IMG/VR virus record: IMGVR_UViG_3300037963_003458
Source of the DNA: an uncultured virus (IMG/VR IMGVR_UViG_3300037963_003458)
Lineage: Duplodnaviria > Heunggongvirae > Uroviricota > Caudoviricetes
Reading direction: 5' to 3' (one strand)
DNA length: 64,000 nucleotides
Shown here: positions 57,767 through 64,000 of the stretch, one piece after another
Numbering within the stretch: the stretch's first letter is position 1
Layout: every line of letters starts with the position of its first letter
Translations under genes and position numbers: made by a program
The notes under the pieces: generated by a model
Database searches by the model: none
What the model was told of the DNA's origin: nothing
Seen by the model: the letters and a program-made list of their open reading frames with translations, nothing else

Positions 57767-58342
57767 CTAACACACATCATTCCAATTAGCTAAAAGAATA
57801 GCTAAGTCTTCTCCATCTGTAACACCATCAGAGTTAAAATCACTAACTCCATCCAAACCCCAGTTTCCAAAAAACATTCCTAAGTCATTTCCATTTACAC
57901 AACCATCATTATTAAGATCTCCATAAGGATCTATAGTTACCGTATAAGACCAAGGAATAAGCGAAGGAGTACTAGTAAAAACATAAGACTTTAAAGCAAA
58001 TGTTACTTTACCATTATCAGCGCATACTTCATAATATTCACCATTTTTAGAAATCGTATATTCACCAAAAGGGATTTTTACCCAATGTCTATATTTCACA
58101 AACCTGTTCTGGTCCGTTAAATTTTCAAGAATTACTCTTCCGTCTGAATGAAATATATAGGCGTTCTCTTTTCTATTGTCCCAATAATCTACTTCAAGTC
58201 TGTAGTTTTCTTTTACTACGCCTCCAGTAGAGTGTACCCAACCAGAATCTTTATAATCACGATGAACATCAAAGGATTTTAAACGAGGAGGGCAACTTAC
58301 ATCTATAGCAGATAGCAAAGATAACATAATACCTAATTTCAT
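57767..58342 (-). CDS. Secreted-type protein with C-terminal dockerin-like (duplicated Ca-binding) domain
   Basis: MKLGIMLSLL signal-like start; GDLNNDGCVNGNDLGMFFGNWG and SDFNSDGVTDGEDLAILLANWN. Confidence 0.75.
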   Translation of the reverse strand: MKLGIMLSLLSAIDVSCPPRLKSFDVHRDYKDSGWVHSTGGVVKENYRLEVDYWDNRKENAYIFHSDGRVILENLTDQNRFVKYRHWVKIPFGEYTISKNGEYYEVCADNGKVTFALKSYVFTSTPSLIPWSYTVTIDPYGDLNNDGCVNGNDLGMFFGNWGLDGVSDFNSDGVTDGEDLAILLANWNDVC

Positions 58343-58353
58343 ATTAACTCTCC

Positions 58354-58386
58354 AAAAGACGTTAGGGGACACAGCGGCCCCTAACG
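58354..58386 (-). terminator. Intrinsic terminator
   Basis: CGTTAGGGG...CCCCTAACG stem followed by TCTTTT. Confidence 0.65.
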
Positions 58387-58489
58387 CCACTATGATAAGC
58401 CCGACGCTGCTACCCGAGGGCTAGCTGCACTGAATGGCGTAACCAAGTACGTCCGACTTCAGCTGCAACAGCAGCAAACGGTCCTAAGG

Positions 58490-59701
58490 TTATTCTGTAT
58501 ATTTAACATTCCACACTAAATCAACACCAGAAGAGTTCGAGGTAGTTACAATAGTAATAGCTTCATCAGCTGATACACTAGTATTAGCCAATGAACTTTG
58601 AGCGCCGCTAGAGCTAGTAACACTAGCAGCTTTAACTACGTCTGTTCCAACCTTGAGAGTTGCTGTAACAGTACCTGAAGTCGTCTTAATAAAAAACCCA
58701 GTAATAGTTCGAGCAGTAGCTGCAGCTGGATCAAGTGTATATGTTTTATTAGCCACTGTTTCAATATGTCCAGTGTAAGCGCCAACATTAGTAACACCTA
58801 AAGCAGTTCTAGCACTAGAAGCACTAGTAGATCCAGTACCTCCATCAGAAATAGCTAAAGCACCCGTAATATTACTAGCTCCTAAATCAACGGCTAATTC
58901 TGTTGATTCAATAACAAGTCCACCGTTAGCCTTTAAATCAGCCGAAACAGTAGCCGTATAGTTACCAGAAGTAGTATTAGTTTGGCTGATGTCTAAACCA
59001 TCGCCAGCAGTAATATCTACTCCAGTCATGTCTCCAGAACTGCTTCCACTTCCAGCAGGTGGATCAATCCACTCATAGATAGGTGTACTAGCTGGGTTAT
59101 ATTGAAGAATTTTTGTAGAGCCTCCGCTTTGAGCAGGAATGTCTACTAGACTTTGAAAGGGAAGACCAGCTCCCGACTCGTATGTACCACCTTCAATTTT
59201 TACTAAACGCTTATCTAGTTCTTGAACAGAGTTAAAAACCTGTCCAACAGCGTTGTTTAAAGATACGTGAGAAATTCTAGACCCCGGTGCAAACGTCTGT
59301 GATTTATTGTTTATATCTTGTGCTCTAATAATACGAACTTTTGTACCTGAGTCATGCAAAGGTCTTGTGTAAGTTGTTCCACTAGAGTTAGTAACGGTTC
59401 CTAAAGAACCAGCTGCAGTTGCACTAGTAATAATTACTTGTTGTTGACTATCTTTAAATTCTACAACAGTGTTTCCACTGGCGTCTTGTAAAGGCAGTAA
59501 GTAAGGATCATACCAGTTATCAAAGGCTGTAGGATCTACAGTAGTTCCGTCCGTAAAAGTATCAAAATAAAACAAAACAATTAACTGAGAAGCAGCCGAT
59601 CTTTCAGGATCAATTCCTGATATTGTGTTAAACAAATAACTATTAGACGCTGAATTTATTGAGTACTCTATTTCTGTGACTATATCTGAACTAATAGGCA
59701 T
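58490..59701 (-). CDS. Tail fibre protein (T7 gp17-like N-terminal anchor)
   Basis: VRIIRAQD...FAPGSRI...LNNAVGQVFNSVQE; GGTGSTSASSARTALG fibre motif. Confidence 0.75.
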   Translation of the reverse strand: MPISSDIVTEIEYSINSASNSYLFNTISGIDPERSAASQLIVLFYFDTFTDGTTVDPTAFDNWYDPYLLPLQDASGNTVVEFKDSQQQVIITSATAAGSLGTVTNSSGTTYTRPLHDSGTKVRIIRAQDINNKSQTFAPGSRISHVSLNNAVGQVFNSVQELDKRLVKIEGGTYESGAGLPFQSLVDIPAQSGGSTKILQYNPASTPIYEWIDPPAGSGSSSGDMTGVDITAGDGLDISQTNTTSGNYTATVSADLKANGGLVIESTELAVDLGASNITGALAISDGGTGSTSASSARTALGVTNVGAYTGHIETVANKTYTLDPAAATARTITGFFIKTTSGTVTATLKVGTDVVKAASVTSSSGAQSSLANTSVSADEAITIVTTSNSSGVDLVWNVKYTE

Positions 59702-59716
59702 AGTAATTCCTTTCTA

Positions 59717-59971
59717 CTAGTAAGTAGTATCAGAATCTAATACCACAGTTTTCATTGTGCTGTAAGCGGTTGAGCCAGTGTTATAAATCTGAGTTACTTC
59801 AAAAGGATAAATCTGACCAGCTACCATATTTTCTAAAGTAACTGTACCACCACCTATAAAATCTACCTTAAGATTACCAGCTCCGCCTACATAAATAGCA
59901 TCATAGTTAGTTACTGTAACGTTTCCACTACTATGATCGGCAGCCGCAGCTTTTACATATTTAGCTTTCAT
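59717..59971 (-). CDS. Head-spike-base-like protein (RcGTA Rcc01079-like)
   Basis: AIYVGGAGNLKV...VTLENMVAGQIYP...TGST. Confidence 0.6.
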   Translation of the reverse strand: MKAKYVKAAAADHSSGNVTVTNYDAIYVGGAGNLKVDFIGGGTVTLENMVAGQIYPFEVTQIYNTGSTAYSTMKTVVLDSDTTY

Positions 59972-59986
59972 TTCTATTATTCCTTA

Positions 59987-61081
59987 TTATCTATGAAATA
60001 TTCTAAATTCTATAATATCACCACTACCTAATGCAGAGCCTAAACTAGAACTAGCGTTTAAATATTTAGGCTGCGCCGATCCTGCTATAGGATCACCATA
60101 GGTTGTATAAGAACCAGTCGGCAAGACTCCACTAGCTTGTCTGTATTCAATCTTCCAACCGTTGCTACCTAAAATAAAATCGCCATTCTTAGATAAGTTA
60201 GTTGAATCACCTGCAAAAATAATAGCAGTATTTCCATCAGAGCCTGGGTTATCTTGTTTTAAAGCAATCACACCAGGGCTGATAATACTAGCTGTCATAA
60301 GACTACCTTGACCATTTGTAGTATCGTTTATACAGTCTCTTAAAGATTGAGCAGTTTCCGCTGCCGTTCCGCTATTTTCAAATTGATTAGCTGCTATATT
60401 TTCAGTAGGCTTTGCTGCATATATTTTTTGTACATCTGTACCACTTGGGTTATAAGCCGTTATTAGAATCAAACAATCAGTTGTAATGCTGCCACTTATA
60501 GTTAATTGTGCAGTAGCAGTGCCTTCCCAGTAAGCATCACTTTCTGCGTTAGTATCAAACTCATAGTTAGTAGTAGTACCGTCTTCACTTGCATGACCAG
60601 TAGTTCCTGCATAGCCGCCATTCCAAAAACGGAATTTTGCGCCTTTATTGATAGCTACTCCAGAAGTTATACCGGGAGCAATTACTTGTTCTGACTCAGC
60701 ACCTGTAGCAGTATAAGACGTAACAGCACTAGCTGTAGTCTGACCACTCATTGTAAATACAATGCGTTGTTGTAGATCACCTGGATTAGTTCCAAATACT
60801 TCGCCAGCAACACCGGGAATATCTCCGGCACTTTGTCCATCACCCTCAAGAGCTATTAAACTACTAGCAGTAGAAGAGTCCATAACTAAATTAGCCTCTA
60901 CTGGAACAACGCTACCCGCTAAAATATTTTCAATTGTTTTTTGAGTAGCAGTGTCAAATCGATCAGTATACGTTAAATTACCAGCTCCGCCTACGTAAAT
61001 AGCTGTATGTTTATCTAAAGGAGTATCAGATACAGCAGAAGCAGGCGTGATACTAAAAGCTTTAAAATATCTATCGCTCAT
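59987..61081 (-). CDS. Virion protein with N-terminal spike-base-like domain and C-terminal extension
   Basis: AIYVGGAGNLTY...ENILAGSVVP; start placed at MSDRYF behind a GGAG RBS. Confidence 0.65.
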   Translation of the reverse strand: MSDRYFKAFSITPASAVSDTPLDKHTAIYVGGAGNLTYTDRFDTATQKTIENILAGSVVPVEANLVMDSSTASSLIALEGDGQSAGDIPGVAGEVFGTNPGDLQQRIVFTMSGQTTASAVTSYTATGAESEQVIAPGITSGVAINKGAKFRFWNGGYAGTTGHASEDGTTTNYEFDTNAESDAYWEGTATAQLTISGSITTDCLILITAYNPSGTDVQKIYAAKPTENIAANQFENSGTAAETAQSLRDCINDTTNGQGSLMTASIISPGVIALKQDNPGSDGNTAIIFAGDSTNLSKNGDFILGSNGWKIEYRQASGVLPTGSYTTYGDPIAGSAQPKYLNASSSLGSALGSGDIIEFRIFHR

Positions 61082-61092
61082 ATTATCTCCAT

Positions 61093-61132
61093 AAAAGAAA
61101 ACCCCCGACTCTCCCGAAGGAGAGCCGAAGGC
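61093..61132 (-). terminator. Intrinsic terminator with UUCG loop
   Basis: GCCTTCGGCTCTCC-TTCG-GGAGAGTCGGGGGT followed by TTTCTTTT. Confidence 0.8.
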
Positions 61133-61146
61133 TAAAAGAGAGAACA

Positions 61147-63999
61147 CTAACGGACAAAGCCCGACGTTTTAGTCGTGAATTTGCCCTTGAGTTCTATTTG
61201 TGCAATATTCATTGGGTTAGGGTAATCAGAAACAATAAAGATATCTGTTTCTGCAGCATAACCCATTATCTTTGTAAACGACTCGCCATTCTTTTCATAC
61301 AAAGGCAATGGAGAATCGTCCTCATCCCGAACATCAGAAGCTGAACTGGGATACTCGCTTAGCTCTTTGGGTGTAACCGTAAGAGCTGTTTTTCTTCTAC
61401 CGCGTGTAGCTTTTTCTATTCTATAAGTACCTGTATTATGATGTTGTAAGTGAAGAGTTCGTAAAGACAAAACACCTTCTACAACATTATTACCCTCGTC
61501 TCTTACGTACTGAGGAGAAAGTTCAATAGTACTATTATAAGTTGTCCCAAAAATAAACGTTCTATAGTTAGAAGATGTCGTGTAGTTACCGTTTAACACT
61601 ACAGTTAAAGTACCGTCCGTGTGTGCCAGTGATACTACAACATCACTGTCCCTGTTAGAACCTATAAGAATAGCTTCGCCATCTCGTTCTTCTAATTGGT
61701 TAGCAGTAGCAGCTATGTATAGATAGTCAGGAGCAGGGTTACCATACTTCTTAACTATAATTGTAGTATGACCCGTAGATGCATCATAAGTAATGCTTCC
61801 AAACTGAGCCGCTAGTCCTTCAGGAACTACGACTTGATGGTCTAATCTAGGTATAGAGTTATCTTCTTCGTAAAACTTTTGATACTCTAAGAAGTAATTA
61901 AACGTAGTGCTTCCTGTTGGCTGCTGTCTAAGAACAAGATAAATATCGTTATCGTAAGACTGAACTGACATAACATCTTGATCGTAAACATATCTATAGA
62001 AAGCGTTTTGAACTACATCTGCTCCTCTGTATCTATTAGTATAGATGTAAAGAAACTTCCTATTGTCTTTATCTATCATACACAAAGAATCGTATCCAGG
62101 TACAACAGCTATGTCACCAAAAGTAGCTGGCAAATAGTTAGGACAATTAAGACTAACTTCAATAGCTTGGTTTACTGTAACAGTACTATCGTTAAAGTAA
62201 ACATAAGCTCTATTAGGAGCAAAGAAATAAATCTGAGATCCTAACAAAACTGGATTGACCAAAGGAGATGTAGAGTAAAAAGCTGTTGGACTTACTTCTG
62301 CAGTAAATGGAGTAATGTTATTTTCAGAACCTTTAAGAGTAAACTGAATGTCTGATCCTGTGTTAACAAACATACTAGACGCAAAAGGAGTCATTGACTC
62401 TACTTCTGCGTACTTGTTAGTCGAAAGACGCACATCAATAGGATCTGTATCAGCAATGACACCGGGGTTTGAAACCCAGAAGTCAGAAAAGTCCCCGGTC
62501 CTAGAAGAAAATACTGTATCTCCTGCAGATAAAAATAAACGATCTCTAAAAAACGCCATGCTTTTAATTGGAATTTGTACACCATTTTTAAAAGCTTCAG
62601 GTCCTGTATTAGTTTTTAAGTTACCAGATCTACGTTCTTCTAAATCCATGTTTTGAACTATAAACTGTTCAATGCCACCGACAAAAGAATTTATCTTTAT
62701 AATCTTAGGAAATCGTTTTTCATCTAAAACAGAATACTCTTCTGGAGTTCTTACTAAACGAGTATAAGGTGTATTCTCTACATCTTTAACAATGTAATAA
62801 CCGGGAACTTCGCCCGCAAAAGAATTCTGGACATAGTAAATTTTACCGTCACCGCTAGAATCTATATCAGAATACAAAGCAAGAAGAGTAGCAGGAATTT
62901 TACCATGCATATTTACTGCTGGTTTATTTAATTTAGCAACCTTAGCGTCAGTACCAGCACCATCGCTTTCTGCTGTAGCCTCGTTAGATTTTGGAGGAAA
63001 GTTAAACTGAGAAAAATCTGATAACTGATTTCCTAAGTAACGTCTTTGAGCATCAGGATACTGCCAATCCTCTACTGGAATATACTTTGCAATAGGTCCT
63101 CCATCATCTTCAGACCTTAATGTAAAGTAAGCATCAGCGCTAGTAGCTGTTTCAGCACTTGCGGGAGTAGACTCATTTGCAGTACCATCTCTTACACAAG
63201 TAAATACTAAAACATTACTACCACCTTCAGCGTATGTGTTTTGTAAAACATTGTTGCCGTCTACAAAAGCAGCTAAAGAAGTAGGAAGAGACTTTCCTGT
63301 TGGATTAAAAACACCTTTGATATCAAAAGCCGTACTAAAAGGAACACTGCTGCTATAAGCTGATTTAACTGCATCAGCAACAGCATGAACATCGTCGTTA
63401 CTAGTACCTCCAGCTGTCCACTTAATAGCAGGTAGACCGCTATAAGTAGCAGCAACAGCGTCTGAGTCAGCTAAACTTAAAGACTTACCGCCAACACTTA
63501 GTCTAGTTAAACCAGTTCTAAAGTTGTTTCTAATAGTTGTTTCACCGCTCTCAAAAACTAAATAAACTTCTTCTTCACCATCAGTATCAGAGTTAACAGT
63601 ATGATCTACTACAAAACTGTGTACTTTGTTTTGTTTTAAAATGTTAGGTAAATCGTCTTGCGTAACAGTAAATTTATGATCACCGCTAGCTGCATCAGCT
63701 GTAGAAAAACTAACTGTACCTGTAAAGTCAATATCTTCAGAAAGATACGGATCTAAATCAACTGTACCATCTGCAGTTATGCTTGCAAATACTTGATCAT
63801 TTTTTACATAGAATTTACCTTCAACGTAAACACTAGCTTGACCTTCAGTATCTACTGGAGTAGTAGTAAAGTAAGTTAATTTTCTACCTTTGATGTCTTC
63901 TTCATAATCGTCAGTAGCTAGAGTATTAAACTCACCGTCTAAACCAATAGTACACCAAGCAGTTCCGCTGTTTTTACTAACACCGTCTAACTTATCACT
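61147..63999 (-). CDS. Tail tubular protein B (T7 gp12-like), 5'-partial
   Basis: FFRDRLFL, SRTGDFSDFW and DTDPID motifs; the frame stays open upstream of 62910 to the window edge. Confidence 0.85.
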   Translation of the reverse strand, partial: SDKLDGVSKNSGTAWCTIGLDGEFNTLATDDYEEDIKGRKLTYFTTTPVDTEGQASVYVEGKFYVKNDQVFASITADGTVDLDPYLSEDIDFTGTVSFSTADAASGDHKFTVTQDDLPNILKQNKVHSFVVDHTVNSDTDGEEEVYLVFESGETTIRNNFRTGLTRLSVGGKSLSLADSDAVAATYSGLPAIKWTAGGTSNDDVHAVADAVKSAYSSSVPFSTAFDIKGVFNPTGKSLPTSLAAFVDGNNVLQNTYAEGGSNVLVFTCVRDGTANESTPASAETATSADAYFTLRSEDDGGPIAKYIPVEDWQYPDAQRRYLGNQLSDFSQFNFPPKSNEATAESDGAGTDAKVAKLNKPAVNMHGKIPATLLALYSDIDSSGDGKIYYVQNSFAGEVPGYYIVKDVENTPYTRLVRTPEEYSVLDEKRFPKIIKINSFVGGIEQFIVQNMDLEERRSGNLKTNTGPEAFKNGVQIPIKSMAFFRDRLFLSAGDTVFSSRTGDFSDFWVSNPGVIADTDPIDVRLSTNKYAEVESMTPFASSMFVNTGSDIQFTLKGSENNITPFTAEVSPTAFYSTSPLVNPVLLGSQIYFFAPNRAYVYFNDSTVTVNQAIEVSLNCPNYLPATFGDIAVVPGYDSLCMIDKDNRKFLYIYTNRYRGADVVQNAFYRYVYDQDVMSVQSYDNDIYLVLRQQPTGSTTFNYFLEYQKFYEEDNSIPRLDHQVVVPEGLAAQFGSITYDASTGHTTIIVKKYGNPAPDYLYIAATANQLEERDGEAILIGSNRDSDVVVSLAHTDGTLTVVLNGNYTTSSNYRTFIFGTTYNSTIELSPQYVRDEGNNVVEGVLSLRTLHLQHHNTGTYRIEKATRGRRKTALTVTPKELSEYPSSASDVRDEDDSPLPLYEKNGESFTKIMGYAAETDIFIVSDYPNPMNIAQIELKGKFTTKTSGFVR

Positions 64000-64000
64000 G

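Noticed and set aside
61147..62910. Track start for tail tubular B at 62910
   Set aside because: The frame is open to the window edge, so the true start lies outside the window.

Overview
This window is most of the genome of a T7-like podovirus (Autographiviridae-type gene set), encoded essentially entirely on the minus strand and circularly permuted, with the probable genome end in the non-coding stretch at about 32.4-32.9 kb. Read in transcription order from there, it contains: GC-rich early genes; a compact 484-aa single-subunit RNA polymerase; accessory and nucleotide-metabolism genes; five tRNAs; a full-length 811-aa T7-type RNA polymerase; a replication module (SSB, RusA-like resolvase, primase-helicase, family A DNA polymerase, exonuclease, dUTPase, class II RNR); and the portal gene. 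The right half carries tail tubular B, tail fibre and spike genes, a cluster of small basic proteins, terminase and internal virion proteins, including a 4784-aa giant. The main observation is that the genome appears to encode three single-subunit RNAP homologues: the full-length enzyme, a minimal one lacking the N-terminal domain and most of the specificity loop, and a T7-like motif B plus a degenerate motif A embedded in the giant virion protein. It also has two different repeated promoter-like motifs and a candidate structured ncRNA downstream of the minimal RNAP, which suggests an N4-like multi-polymerase programme in a T7-like genome. PEP-CTERM-like and dockerin-like tails and a Cys-rich repeat protein point, by inference, to a Planctomycetota (Phycisphaerae-like) host. 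All calls were made by eye from motifs; no database searches were run. Four N gaps interrupt the assembly.
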